A DNA stretch of 64,000 bases from Minisyncoccota bacterium (lineage in GTDB: Bacteria; Patescibacteriota; Minisyncoccia; Phycocordibacterales; UBA2100), in assembly GCA_022842645.1 (NCBI GenBank), contig JALHPE010000002.1:65569-129568 (forward strand). The letters are read 5' to 3'. The notes under the pieces are model-generated. The model searched no databases. It was not told the origin of the DNA and was given only the letters and a program-made list of their open reading frames with translations. The translations under genes were made by a program, and so were the position numbers. Shown here piece by piece: positions 17,849-27,376 of the stretch. Numbering within the stretch: position 1 is the stretch's first letter; every line of letters starts with the position of its first letter.

Positions 17849-19843
17849 ATGAAAACACTTGCCGACATTCGATCTGCTTTCTTTGGCTTTTACCGTGAAC
17901 GGGGGCACACCATTATCCCCTCTGCCTCCCTTGTTCCTCAAAATGACCCAACAACCCTTTTTACGGGAAGCGGGATGCAGCCACTCGTCCCGTATCTTCT
18001 TGGCAAAGATCACCCTGAAGGAAAGCGACTTGCGAACTCGCAACGTTCTTTCCGTGCAGAAGACGTGGAGGAGGTGGGGGACAACCGCCACACCACCTTT
18101 TTCGAGATGCTCGGGAATTGGTCGCTCGGAGATTACTTCAAAAAAGAACAGCTTCCATTTATTTTTTCTTTTCTTGTCGATGAGGTGGGGCTAAAGTCAG
18201 AGAAGCTGTACGTAACGGTCTTTGCAGGAGACGAAGCAAACAATCTTCCTAAAGACACTGAGTCCGCAGAGATTTGGAAACATCTTTTTGCAGAAAAAGG
18301 CATTGATGCAGTAGAGATTGAGATGGGCTCTGAAGCTGATGGGGCGCGCCTCGGCATGCGTGGTGGGCGTATTTTTTACTACGATGCGAAGAAAAACTGG
18401 TGGAGCAGGGCTGGGGTACCTGCGAATATGCCAGGAGGCGAACCGGGAGGCCCCGATTCCGAAGTGTTTTACGACTTTGGTACGGAGCACGATCCAAAAT
18501 TCGGTGAAAACTGTCATCCCAACTGCGATTGTGGCCGATTCATGGAAATTGGAAACTCGGTTTTTATGCAATATCAAAAGACGGCTGGTGGATTTGCCTT
18601 TCTCCCGAAAAAGAACGTGGATTTCGGTGGCGGGCTCGAGCGCATCGCTGCAGCAGCGAATAATAATCCTGACGTGTTCGCAACTGACGTGTTTGCGGAT
18701 GCCATTGCGCTTCTTGAAAAATTTTCTGGGAAACAATACGCCGACAGCCGCTACCAAAAATCATTTCGCGTGATTGCGGATCATGTGCGCGCAGCACTCT
18801 TCATGATCGCAGATGGTGTTCGCCCCTCAAACACCGAGCAGGGCTACGTCCTGCGCCGCCTCCTTCGCCGCGCTTCGCAGCATGTCATGAAGCTCGGGCT
18901 CGAGGATAAAGATAAAGAAGACAGCATGCTCGTCCGTTCCGCAATTATTTTCATGGAGAAATATGCGAGTGCGTATCCGGAACTCGCCACCGAAGAAATG
19001 TATCAGACGGTGACAGATACGATCTGGGAGGAAGAAAAGCAATTCGCACGAATTCTGACAGACGGAATAAAGATTCTAGATAAAGCCATGGCGGATAGTG
19101 GACGTTCTCCAATAACTGTACGCGACGTCGCTCACAACTCTGACAGGATAATTGCAGATCCGATCATATCTGCGGGATTTGCATTTGAGTTGGTAACAAC
19201 AAGGGGCTTGCCGAGAGAGTTAGTAGAGGAGTATGCGAAAGAAAAAGGATATATAATAAATTACGGCGCAGAAGAGTTGGATCAATTACTGGAGCAACAT
19301 AAGAACCTCTCTCGCTCTGGCGCAGAACAAAAATTTAAGGGCGGACTTGCTGACACTTCGGAAGCAACGACGCGCCTCCACACAGCGCACCACCTTCTCC
19401 TCAAAGGGCTTCAGATAGTGCTTGGCGACCATGTAAAGCAACGCGGTTCCAACATTACGAGCGAACGTCTTCGTATCGACTTCTCTCACCCTGAAAAAAT
19501 GACTGATGAACAGAAGAAGGAGGTTGAACGTATTGTGAATGAACGTATCAAAGAACATCTTCCGATGATTCGCTCCACAATGCCGAAAGAAGAAGCAGAA
19601 AAACTTAATGCACAGCATGAATTTGGTGCGAAGTATCCTGATGTGGTCTCTGTTTACTCCCTCGGCCCCGTTGGTGCGACCGAAGAGAATCCGCAGTTTG
19701 ATCGCGCATTTTCGATAGAATTCTGTGGCGGACCACACGTGAGCAATACCGAAGAAATAGAGAAGGGGGGCACCTTTAAAATTCAGAAAGAAGAAGCGGT
19801 TGCTGCCGGCGTTCGTCGTATAAAGGGAATACTCGCTCACTAA
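17849..19843 (+). CDS. alaS: Alanine--tRNA ligase, short form lacking the C-Ala domain
   Basis: Class II catalytic core, editing-domain HxxxH and CxxxH motifs ('HTAHHLL', 'CGGPH'); 664 aa. Confidence 0.9.
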   Translation: MKTLADIRSAFFGFYRERGHTIIPSASLVPQNDPTTLFTGSGMQPLVPYLLGKDHPEGKRLANSQRSFRAEDVEEVGDNRHTTFFEMLGNWSLGDYFKKEQLPFIFSFLVDEVGLKSEKLYVTVFAGDEANNLPKDTESAEIWKHLFAEKGIDAVEIEMGSEADGARLGMRGGRIFYYDAKKNWWSRAGVPANMPGGEPGGPDSEVFYDFGTEHDPKFGENCHPNCDCGRFMEIGNSVFMQYQKTAGGFAFLPKKNVDFGGGLERIAAAANNNPDVFATDVFADAIALLEKFSGKQYADSRYQKSFRVIADHVRAALFMIADGVRPSNTEQGYVLRRLLRRASQHVMKLGLEDKDKEDSMLVRSAIIFMEKYASAYPELATEEMYQTVTDTIWEEEKQFARILTDGIKILDKAMADSGRSPITVRDVAHNSDRIIADPIISAGFAFELVTTRGLPRELVEEYAKEKGYIINYGAEELDQLLEQHKNLSRSGAEQKFKGGLADTSEATTRLHTAHHLLLKGLQIVLGDHVKQRGSNITSERLRIDFSHPEKMTDEQKKEVERIVNERIKEHLPMIRSTMPKEEAEKLNAQHEFGAKYPDVVSVYSLGPVGATEENPQFDRAFSIEFCGGPHVSNTEEIEKGGTFKIQKEEAVAAGVRRIKGILAH

Positions 19844-19876
19844 ACACTCGAGTAATCAGAAGATTTCAAAAGTTTT

Positions 19877-19903
19877 CCCTAGTGGCTAATCCCTAGTGGC
19901 TAT
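19877..19903 (+). repeat. Tandem CCCTAGTGGCTAA / CCCTAGTGGCTAT 13-mers 12 nt upstream of the 19916 start codon
   Basis: Read directly; the same 13-mer recurs at 56317-56329. Confidence 0.5.
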
Positions 19904-19915
19904 ATACTATTCCTA

Positions 19916-21016
19916 ATGTTCCGCCGCGAGGGAAAGGTGGTGTGTATTGTGAGCGTCGCAAGCGACGGCGTCAGCCTTGCGTTTGCGCATGTAGGAAAAG
20001 GGAAGCCTCACATCGCGTTTGCTAAGCGTGCACTCCTCTCGCTTGAGGAGCGAACCGACGAACAAACGCGTATAGCCGTTGTGCAGCTTCTCGAAACGCT
20101 CCTCAAAGAAGTGGCGAGCCGTTTTGTGCCGGAGAGTATACACGTTGTCGTACATGCTCCCTGGAGTCGCTTCCGTACTGTTTCGGGGAGTGTGGTATTT
20201 GAAAACGAACGATTCATTACCAAGGCACTGATCGACGAAACTGCGCGGCACGTGCTCGAAAGTATTGAAGAGAAAAATGTGGAGGCGGGCGTGGTCCGTG
20301 TCTTTTTAAACGGTTATCCCACGGCGCGACCGGTTGGAAAGCGTGCTCATGAACTTGAAACCGTTGTATTTGGCGGCACGGTCGAGCAGGGGGTGCAAGC
20401 TTCTATTGAACACACCATAGGCACCTATTTTCCTGGAAGAAAACCTGTGTTTCGTACTGGCGCGAGAGTGCTTCTCGCTGTTGTGAATGAATACATTCCC
20501 AATGTGCATCGCTTTGTTATTCTATCCATCCGCGGGGCAACCGAGTGCATGGTCGTTCGTCATGAACTAGAAACGCAGTATGGAACTGTGGCTGAGGGTT
20601 TGGCGACGATACTAAAACGCATTGCACCACAAGGGCTCCCTGAAGAAACACTTTCCCTTGTTAAAATGGCAGAATCTGATTCCTGCTCAACAGATGCGTG
20701 TACTGCAATAAAAGAGGCGGTTGCGCGCGCCGAACCCGAGCTTGTTCGTTCCTTTGGGGACATGTTTGCTGCGCTCGCAAATGTGCGACGCGTCCCAAAC
20801 GATATGATCTTTTTTGCCCCCACAGAACTCACGCCCTGGCTCTCGCACTTTTTCACCCGCATCGATTTTTCTCAATTTACCGCAACTACCCAACCCTTCT
20901 CGGTTTCTGTGATAGGGGCGCAAGATTTAGAGAAACTCGTTTCGTTTGAAGCGGGTGTACCATCCGATGCCACCCTCGCCATTGCAACCGCAGCTGTGCA
21001 TATGTTTGAGGCGTAG
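19916..21016 (+). CDS. Hypothetical protein (366 aa), possibly an actin-like ATPase fold; weak call
   Basis: N-terminal 'VVCIVSVASDGVSLAFAHVG' resembles the first beta-hairpin of FtsA/PilM-type proteins; nothing diagnostic. Confidence 0.45.
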   Translation: MFRREGKVVCIVSVASDGVSLAFAHVGKGKPHIAFAKRALLSLEERTDEQTRIAVVQLLETLLKEVASRFVPESIHVVVHAPWSRFRTVSGSVVFENERFITKALIDETARHVLESIEEKNVEAGVVRVFLNGYPTARPVGKRAHELETVVFGGTVEQGVQASIEHTIGTYFPGRKPVFRTGARVLLAVVNEYIPNVHRFVILSIRGATECMVVRHELETQYGTVAEGLATILKRIAPQGLPEETLSLVKMAESDSCSTDACTAIKEAVARAEPELVRSFGDMFAALANVRRVPNDMIFFAPTELTPWLSHFFTRIDFSQFTATTQPFSVSVIGAQDLEKLVSFEAGVPSDATLAIATAAVHMFEA

Positions 21017-21046
21017 AAGGAATCGTGGTGTACACTGGAGATTCGT

Positions 21047-22345
21047 ATGAAGACTTACATGCACGACATTGATCCTCGTGGCCAGGGAGAGCCAAGAATA
21101 CCGCCCGAACGCTCAATTAGGAACATCGAACCATCGGACGCTCGCGTTCGTATGAGTCGCCCGGCTCCTGCACGCCCTCCAGTCCAGCATGAAGAGCCGC
21201 GTCGGAAGCGGCGAAGTGGTATTTGGGTCGCGGCTTTGGTTTCTATCTTGATCCTTGGCGGTGTCGTGGGGGTCCTTTTCCTGCCAGAAACGACTGTAAC
21301 CGTTGTTCCTCGTACGCAAACAGTTCCTTTTGACGCTTCAACACCGTTCACAGCATTTCCTGCCGGTTCAGCGACAGGCACTATTGTGTACAGTGTCATT
21401 GAACAAACGTTTGAAGACTTCGCAGTCGTTCCTGCAACCGGGGTCGAGTTTGTTGAAGAGCAGGCAAAGGGAACGGTCACCGTGTTTAACGCCCATTCGG
21501 ATGCGCCAGTGCGTCTCATAAAAAACACCCGTTTTGAAACACCCGACGGTAAAATATTCCGCATCTCGAATTCGATCGAAGTTCCCGGCAAGAAGGGAAC
21601 AGTGCCTGGAACTATTGATGTCGTTGTGTCTGCCGATCAGGTTGGTGCTTCCTATAACGTGGGACCATTTGAAAAACTGACACTCCCCGGACTTCGTGGT
21701 ACGGCGGATATGTACGCTAATGTGTACGCTCGTTCAAATGCTCCCTTTGCGGGAGGATTCTCTGGAGAGCGTCCCGCAGTACCACAATCAACACTTGAAA
21801 GTGCGCGTGCCGACATTCGCAATCGTCTCAGCGAAAAAGTGATGACAATAGAAGCGCCTGAGGGGTCCCTCATGTTTTCTGGTTTAGCGAATATTTCGTT
21901 TGAGGAGACTCCTCCCGTACAAGAGTCAGGTGGTGTGCGGATCGGTGAGCGCGCCCGAGTACGCGTGCCGGTCTTCGAAGAGGGGGTATTTGCACAAGCG
22001 GTGGGCGAGGCGGTAAGTGCAAGCGCCGAAGGTAACTCAATTGCGATTACCTTCTCCGAATCCGCAAGTGCTGCTCTCACACAGCAGCTCTCGGCTGATG
22101 CGTATGGCAAGGAACCGATCTCTTTTTCGCTTTCAGGTATGGCACAACTAGTTTGGCAGGTGGATACACAAGGTCTTGCAGATGCGCTTGCAGGCAAGAA
22201 CGAATCAGCCTTTCAGGCGATTGTGGGGGCTTTCCCAGCTGTTGAAGAAGCAAGAGCGCGCCTTGTGCCATTCTGGAAAAAGAGCTTCCCGACCGACCCC
22301 GCAAAAATCATGGTTGTGGTGGAAACTCCTCCGAAGCCCTTCTAG
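21047..22345 (+). CDS. Hypothetical membrane-anchored protein (Pro/Arg-rich N-terminus, one TM, about 350-aa extracytoplasmic region)
   Basis: Single hydrophobic helix 'IWVAALVSILILGGVVGVLFL'; no family recognised. Confidence 0.45.
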   Translation: MKTYMHDIDPRGQGEPRIPPERSIRNIEPSDARVRMSRPAPARPPVQHEEPRRKRRSGIWVAALVSILILGGVVGVLFLPETTVTVVPRTQTVPFDASTPFTAFPAGSATGTIVYSVIEQTFEDFAVVPATGVEFVEEQAKGTVTVFNAHSDAPVRLIKNTRFETPDGKIFRISNSIEVPGKKGTVPGTIDVVVSADQVGASYNVGPFEKLTLPGLRGTADMYANVYARSNAPFAGGFSGERPAVPQSTLESARADIRNRLSEKVMTIEAPEGSLMFSGLANISFEETPPVQESGGVRIGERARVRVPVFEEGVFAQAVGEAVSASAEGNSIAITFSESASAALTQQLSADAYGKEPISFSLSGMAQLVWQVDTQGLADALAGKNESAFQAIVGAFPAVEEARARLVPFWKKSFPTDPAKIMVVVETPPKPF

Positions 22346-22391
22346 TGATTTGACGCCTATACTAAGACCTGATACGATACGTCGCGCAGAT

Positions 22392-22598
22392 ATGGGGGAA
22401 CCGGAAATTGTCGAAGGAGTCGTCGAAGAGGCGCTTCCCAATACGCTCTTCCGCGTTAAGCTCCCGTCGGGCGATACTAAGCTCGCGTATCTTGCAGGCA
22501 AGATGCGCTTGCACCGTATCAAGGTGTTAGTCGGAGATAAAGTTTCTCTCCAGCTTGATCCCTACGGCGGGCGGGCTCGCATCACGCGACGCTTCTAG
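22392..22598 (+). CDS. infA: Translation initiation factor IF-1
   Basis: 'MGEPEIVEGVVEEALPNTLFRVKLPSGDTKLAYLAGKMR...' S1-like OB fold; start at internal Met of ORF 22176..22598. Confidence 0.9.
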   Translation: MGEPEIVEGVVEEALPNTLFRVKLPSGDTKLAYLAGKMRLHRIKVLVGDKVSLQLDPYGGRARITRRF

Positions 22599-22609
22599 TC
22601 TGAAAAATC

Positions 22610-22723
22610 ATGAAAGTTAAAGCATCTGTTAAAAAGATCTGTTTGAAGTGTAAGCACGTACGCCGACGCGGCGCCTTGTGGGTTATCTGCGAGAATCCGC
22701 GCCATAAACAACGCCAAGGATAA
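22610..22723 (+). CDS. rpmJ: 50S ribosomal protein L36 (37 aa; below the ORF-track cutoff)
   Basis: Hand translation [37 protein letters not shown] with C-x2-C...C-x-N zinc ribbon. Confidence 0.85.
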   Translation: MKVKASVKKICLKCKHVRRRGALWVICENPRHKQRQG

Positions 22724-22728
22724 TTTCT

Positions 22729-23112
22729 ATGCTTCGTATCGCTGGTATCACTATTCCTGATAAGAAACGCCTTGAGGTCGCTTTGACTGCTATTTATGGC
22801 GTTGGTCGTCCGCGTGCAAAGGCGACACTCTCAAAACTCGGCATTGATCACGGGGCGACTGCTGATGCACTTTCTGCAAAAGAAGAAGCGGCACTTCGTG
22901 AAGCTCTCGAAGCATTTACTGTCGAGGGCGAGCTTCGCCGGACCATTTCAGGGAATATTCGTCGCCTCAAAGACATCAAATCACACCGTGGCGTGCGTCA
23001 TATGAAAAAGCTTCCCGTGCGTGGCCAAACATCCAAGACCAACTCTCGAACTGTCCGCGGTAACGTCCGCAAAACAATGACATCCGGCCGTCGTAAGCTG
23101 GAGAAAACATAA
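22729..23112 (+). CDS. rpsM: 30S ribosomal protein S13
   Basis: 'MLRIAGITIPDKKRLEVALTAIYGVG' canonical S13. Confidence 0.9.
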   Translation: MLRIAGITIPDKKRLEVALTAIYGVGRPRAKATLSKLGIDHGATADALSAKEEAALREALEAFTVEGELRRTISGNIRRLKDIKSHRGVRHMKKLPVRGQTSKTNSRTVRGNVRKTMTSGRRKLEKT

Positions 23113-23118
23113 AATACT

Positions 23119-23553
23119 ATGGGAAAGAAACGAATAATTCGAAAATCAGGCGGTAGTGTCGATCAGGGACTCAAGTCTCGATCCCTTGCGCGCACCAGCA
23201 AGCGCGCACTTGCTTCTGGAACGCTCCACATTCACGCTACCTACAACAACACTCAGGTGCTTCTCACTGACAAAGAAGGAAATGCTGCGGCGTGGTCATC
23301 GTCGGGGGCACTTGGTTTTAGTGGCGCAAAAAAGGGTACGCCTTTTGCTGCCGCTAAAGTTGGTGAGCTCGTAGGAGACAAGGCTATTCTTATGGGTGTT
23401 AAGGAGGTGGACGTCGTTATTCGCGGCGTTGGTGCCGGCCGCGAATCTGCACTGCGCGGCTTCGTTGGAAAAGGTATTGAGGTTACTCGTATCGCAGACG
23501 ACACTCCTGTCCCTCACAACGGTCCCCGCCCTCGTAAAGCCCGTCGCATCTAA
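23119..23553 (+). CDS. rpsK: 30S ribosomal protein S11
   Basis: 'HIHATYNNTQVLLTDKEGNAAAWSSSG' canonical S11. Confidence 0.9.
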   Translation: MGKKRIIRKSGGSVDQGLKSRSLARTSKRALASGTLHIHATYNNTQVLLTDKEGNAAAWSSSGALGFSGAKKGTPFAAAKVGELVGDKAILMGVKEVDVVIRGVGAGRESALRGFVGKGIEVTRIADDTPVPHNGPRPRKARRI

Positions 23554-23569
23554 GCATCTAATTTTTTCT

Positions 23570-24178
23570 ATGTTGCAAATCAAATCAAAATATAAAATCG
23601 CAAAGCGCCTTGGTGCTGCTATTTTTGAAAAGACCCAGTCACAAAAATTTGCACTCTCTGAAGCACGTGCTGGTATGAAGAAGCGCGGCAGAGGCGGTTC
23701 TCGCTCGGACTACGGTCGCCAGCTTCTTGAAAAGCAGAAGGTGCGCTTTACGTATGGTCTAGGGGAACGCCAGCTTTCAAATTACGCGGCTGACGCATTC
23801 GAAACGGCACAGCCGCCAGAAAGCCTCCACAAAGCACTCGAGATGCGACTCGACAACGTTGCGTACCGCGCTGGGTTTGCAAAGACTCGTCGTGCCGCAC
23901 GTCAAATGGTTTCGCACGGCCACCTTGTGGTGAACGGCACGCGCGTAACAGTTCCATCCTATGTAGTGAAAAAGGGTGACACCATCACTGTACGCGAGGG
24001 CTCTCGCACAAGCGCGCTCTTCGGACACATGGGCGAACCAGACGGCACGGTCCCGGTTGCAAAATGGATTGCTGTTGATTTTCCAATGATGATTGCCAAA
24101 GTAGAGGGGGAGCCAACCTACACGGCGTCAGAAATCCCCCTTGATTATCCTGCCGTATTTGAGTTTTATAGCAGATAG
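23570..24178 (+). CDS. rpsD: 30S ribosomal protein S4
   Basis: S4 N-terminal region plus S4 RNA-binding domain; start at 'MLQIKSKYKIAKRLG' inside ORF 23396..24178. Confidence 0.9.
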   Translation: MLQIKSKYKIAKRLGAAIFEKTQSQKFALSEARAGMKKRGRGGSRSDYGRQLLEKQKVRFTYGLGERQLSNYAADAFETAQPPESLHKALEMRLDNVAYRAGFAKTRRAARQMVSHGHLVVNGTRVTVPSYVVKKGDTITVREGSRTSALFGHMGEPDGTVPVAKWIAVDFPMMIAKVEGEPTYTASEIPLDYPAVFEFYSR

Positions 24179-24222
24179 TGGTATATTATTTCTAAGCGCA
24201 TTACCAGGTCGCCCTTATTTTT

Positions 24223-25185
24223 ATGCTTGATTATCACATCGCCCTTCCTAGCAAGCCTCGTGTTGTTTCCGAAGAAGATCGTAGCGGTACCTATGAGATC
24301 GATGGTCTCTATCCAGGCTACGGTTACACTCTTGGTAACTCGCTTCGCCGCATTATTCTGTCTTCACTTCCTGGCGCTGCAATTACGTCCGTCAAAATTC
24401 CCGGAGTAGCGCATGAATTTTCCACCATCGAAGGTGTTAAAGAAGATGTAGTGACACTCCTGCTCCAGGTGCGTCGTATGCGCCTGAAGCTTTCAACAGA
24501 TGAGCCACAAACCCTGACACTCTCGATAAAGGGTCCCGCGACGGTCACAGCCGCTGATTTTAAACTTCCTGGTCAGGTTGAAATTCTGAACCCAGAACAG
24601 CATATTGCTGAAATCACGGGGAAGACAACGCTCGAGATGGAGGTCAATGTTGAGCGAGGTCTTGGTTACGTACCTAAGGAAGTGCACCAGAAAGAGCGAG
24701 TAGACATCGGTGTCATTGCACTCGATGCAATCTTTTCCCCGATCCGCCGTGTTAATTACGAAGTTGAAAACATGCGTGTCGGTGACCGCACTGATTTCAA
24801 TCGCCTGCGCCTCGTTATTGAGACGGACGGCACCATCACACCGCGTGAGGCACTTGAGAAGTCGATCGAAACCATGATTCACCAGCTCCGCGCTGTTGTT
24901 GGCTTCAAGGAAGAGGAAATCATTGAAGAAGAATCTCCTGAGGAGGCACCCGTTCGCCGTGATGACAAGGCCGCAGACGCTGAGATTCTGAAGGTTCGTA
25001 TCTCTGAGCTCAATCTTCCACCGCGCGTTGAACAGGCACTCGATAATGCATCGATCCGCACCGTAGGAGGTCTCGTTCGTAAGCGCGAAGATGATCTTCT
25101 TGCTATTGAGGGTCTCGGCCAGAAAGGTCTCCAGGACATCAAGCGCGGACTCTCCAACATGGGTTTGACCCTTCGCTCTCAATAA
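24223..25185 (+). CDS. rpoA: DNA-directed RNA polymerase subunit alpha
   Basis: N-terminal dimerisation/insert domains and C-terminal alphaCTD 'ISELNLPPRVEQALDNASIRTVGGL'. Confidence 0.9.
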   Translation: MLDYHIALPSKPRVVSEEDRSGTYEIDGLYPGYGYTLGNSLRRIILSSLPGAAITSVKIPGVAHEFSTIEGVKEDVVTLLLQVRRMRLKLSTDEPQTLTLSIKGPATVTAADFKLPGQVEILNPEQHIAEITGKTTLEMEVNVERGLGYVPKEVHQKERVDIGVIALDAIFSPIRRVNYEVENMRVGDRTDFNRLRLVIETDGTITPREALEKSIETMIHQLRAVVGFKEEEIIEEESPEEAPVRRDDKAADAEILKVRISELNLPPRVEQALDNASIRTVGGLVRKREDDLLAIEGLGQKGLQDIKRGLSNMGLTLRSQ

Positions 25186-25236
25186 AGTACTGTGCATTTT
25201 CCCAGAACCTAATTCCTGACACCTACCACCTGATTT

Positions 25237-25590
25237 ATGCGACACCATAAGAAACGACGAACATTCAATAGAGACAAAACGGGCCGCGAAGCCTTGATCC
25301 GCTCTCTTGCGCGTTCTTTAGTGCTCGAAGAAGGGATTACAACCACGATTGCAAAAGCAAAGGAGGTGCGTCCGTTTATTGAACGTCTTGTGACGGCAAG
25401 CAAGGCTAATACCGTTGCATCACGTCGCACGGTTTCCACCCGCCTTCGCTCCCCAGAAGCAGTGAAAAAGTTGCACGACACCTTGGCACCACGGTATGCT
25501 GCGCGTGCTGGTGGCTATACTCGCATCGTAAAGCTTGGTCGCATCGGGAAGCGTGTTGCTGAAATGGCGCGCATCGAGTTTGTCTCTTAA
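25237..25590 (+). CDS. rplQ: 50S ribosomal protein L17
   Basis: 'MRHHKKRRTFNRDKTGREALIRSLARSL' canonical L17. Confidence 0.9.
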   Translation: MRHHKKRRTFNRDKTGREALIRSLARSLVLEEGITTTIAKAKEVRPFIERLVTASKANTVASRRTVSTRLRSPEAVKKLHDTLAPRYAARAGGYTRIVKLGRIGKRVAEMARIEFVS

Positions 25591-25595
25591 TTTCT

Positions 25596-25949
25596 ATGAC
25601 ACAGAAAAATTACTCAATCGACGCAAAAGGGATGACCATCGGTCGTGTTGCTGCTCAAGCGGCAAAAGCGCTCATGGGAAAGACCTTCCCTGATTACACG
25701 CCGCATATTCCGTCGCAGGTAAAAGTTACTATTACAAACGCTGGCAAGATTCGCACAACAGAAAAGAAGCGTCTCCAGAAGACCTACACACGCTACTCAG
25801 GGCATCCAGGAGGCCTCAAGGTAGAAACACTTGGCTCACTTGTTGGCGCAAAAGGTAATGGTGCTGCTGTTCGCAAAGCAGTTGAGCGCATGCTTCCAAG
25901 AAACACTATGAAGGTTGGTCGCCTAAAGCGTCTTTCCATAACCGAATAA
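25596..25949 (+). CDS. rplM: 50S ribosomal protein L13
   Basis: 'IDAKGMTIGRVAAQAAKALMGK' canonical L13. Confidence 0.9.
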   Translation: MTQKNYSIDAKGMTIGRVAAQAAKALMGKTFPDYTPHIPSQVKVTITNAGKIRTTEKKRLQKTYTRYSGHPGGLKVETLGSLVGAKGNGAAVRKAVERMLPRNTMKVGRLKRLSITE

Positions 25950-25952
25950 TAT

Positions 25953-26345
25953 ATGGCCGAAAAGAAATACATCGAGGCAGTTGGTCGTCGTAAGACAGCA
26001 TCTGCGCGCGTTCGTATCGTGAGCGCAAAATCAACCTCAATCGTCATAAATGATCGTAACGCTTCTGATTATTTCCCGCTCGCTGTTATGCACGAGGCAA
26101 TTCACGCACCATTCAAGACGATTGGCGGTGCTTACACCGTAACCGCAATTGTAAAAGGCGGTGGTCTCAAGGCACAAGCAGAGGCTGTGCGTCATGGTAT
26201 TTCCCGCGCGCTTATTGAAGTCGACGCTGCATACCGCAAGGATCTCAAGGTAAAGGGCTACCTAAAGCGCGACCCGCGCGCAAAAGAGCGCAAGAAGTTC
26301 GGTCTCAAAGCCGCTCGCCGTGCACCACAATGGAGTAAGCGTTAG
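25953..26345 (+). CDS. rpsI: 30S ribosomal protein S9
   Basis: '[14 protein letters not shown]...[19 protein letters not shown]...[10 protein letters not shown]' canonical S9. Confidence 0.9.
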   Translation: MAEKKYIEAVGRRKTASARVRIVSAKSTSIVINDRNASDYFPLAVMHEAIHAPFKTIGGAYTVTAIVKGGGLKAQAEAVRHGISRALIEVDAAYRKDLKVKGYLKRDPRAKERKKFGLKAARRAPQWSKR

Positions 26346-26350
26346 CAAAA

Positions 26351-26379
26351 AAAGACCCGCCAGAAAGCGGGTCTTTTTC
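26351..26379. terminator. Bidirectional terminator AAAGACCCGC-cagaaa-GCGGGTCTTT-TT between rpsI (+) and a convergent minus-strand gene
   Basis: 10-bp perfect stem, A-tract before and T-tract after. Confidence 0.6.
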
Positions 26380-26381
26380 GT

Positions 26382-26696
26382 TCAGTTCAGCTTCGATGGC
26401 GGACCTGGGTTCGTCATCAGTAGCCGTGACTGTTGGTACTGGCTAAATAATCTCATTGTTGCAACGAGATCTCGTAGTGGCTCCGTATCCGTATGCGCTG
26501 CGTAGTGCAGATCAGCGCATATGGCGTGTACATATCCGGACAAGATTTTTTGTATATTCTCACGCAGCACTTCTTGTTCCTCGGCGGACCAATGTGCGAT
26601 AGCCAATTCAGCGTCACTGGGAAGACGCCATACAATCTCTCCGACGTCATCAGTAGACTCGAGAAGAGTTACTGGAATTGAGGGTCGTTTTGGCAT
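26382..26696 (-). CDS. Hypothetical protein (about 104 aa)
   Basis: Minus ORF 26382..26738; start chosen at 'MPKRPSIPV'; no family recognised. Confidence 0.35.
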   Translation of the reverse strand: MPKRPSIPVTLLESTDDVGEIVWRLPSDAELAIAHWSAEEQEVLRENIQKILSGYVHAICADLHYAAHTDTEPLRDLVATMRLFSQYQQSRLLMTNPGPPSKLN

Positions 26697-26751
26697 TTCT
26701 AATCTCCGTATAGCCTTGTGATAAACTATCACCTGCACATCTTATTTCAAA

Positions 26752-27306
26752 ATGCTATACTCGCCCCGTATGTGTGCGTCTCCAGATGTTGAAGTCGACT
26801 TCGAACCCGAGGATGAATTCGGGGATATTGGGTCTGCAAAAGCAAAACTACAAAAACTTCGCGAAGAACTTGTTGCGGCAAGGAAAGAACGCGACGACTA
26901 CCTCGATGGCTGGCAAAGATGTAAGGCTGATACCGTGAATGCCAAAAAAGAAGCACATGAGGCACTTGTGCGGGCTCGGGCGCTCGGCACAGAATCGTTT
27001 GTTGAGGAACTCATTCCCGCACTCGATAGTTTTGACATGGCGATGCAGGGTGACGCGTGGAATAAGGTAGACGCGATCTGGAGGTCTGGTGTTGAGAGCA
27101 TCTATGCTCAACTGCTTTCAGTCCTTGAATCGCACGGCATTTCCGCTTTTGGGAAATCCGGAGAGCGGTTTGACGCACGCTTCCATGAAGCTCTCCAAGA
27201 GGTAGAAGGGGAGCCAGGCACTATTATTCGGGTTGTTCGCCGCGGGTATCGTGCGGGAGAGCGTGTGCTTCGCCCCGCGCAAGTCGTCGTTGGATCCCAA
27301 GCTTGA
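26752..27306 (+). CDS. grpE: Nucleotide exchange factor GrpE
   Basis: Coiled-coil N-terminus then GrpE beta-domain; directly upstream of dnaK; alternative start 26770. Confidence 0.8.
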   Translation: MLYSPRMCASPDVEVDFEPEDEFGDIGSAKAKLQKLREELVAARKERDDYLDGWQRCKADTVNAKKEAHEALVRARALGTESFVEELIPALDSFDMAMQGDAWNKVDAIWRSGVESIYAQLLSVLESHGISAFGKSGERFDARFHEALQEVEGEPGTIIRVVRRGYRAGERVLRPAQVVVGSQA

Positions 27307-27333
27307 CAAGCACGGTACTAGAAGGTGTATAAT
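27303..27333 (+). promoter_or_regulatory. Sigma70-like promoter for dnaK: -35 TTGACA overlapping the grpE stop, -10 TGTATAAT (extended)
   Basis: Hexamers read directly; no CIRCE or HAIR element found nearby. Confidence 0.45.
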
Positions 27334-27376
27334 CACGCACGAAAAAGATTACAAGCTCATTCTTTCATGTAATCGT

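Noticed and set aside
24879-25160. 93-aa minus-strand ORF inside rpoA
   Set aside because: Antisense shadow; Ser/Arg-rich.
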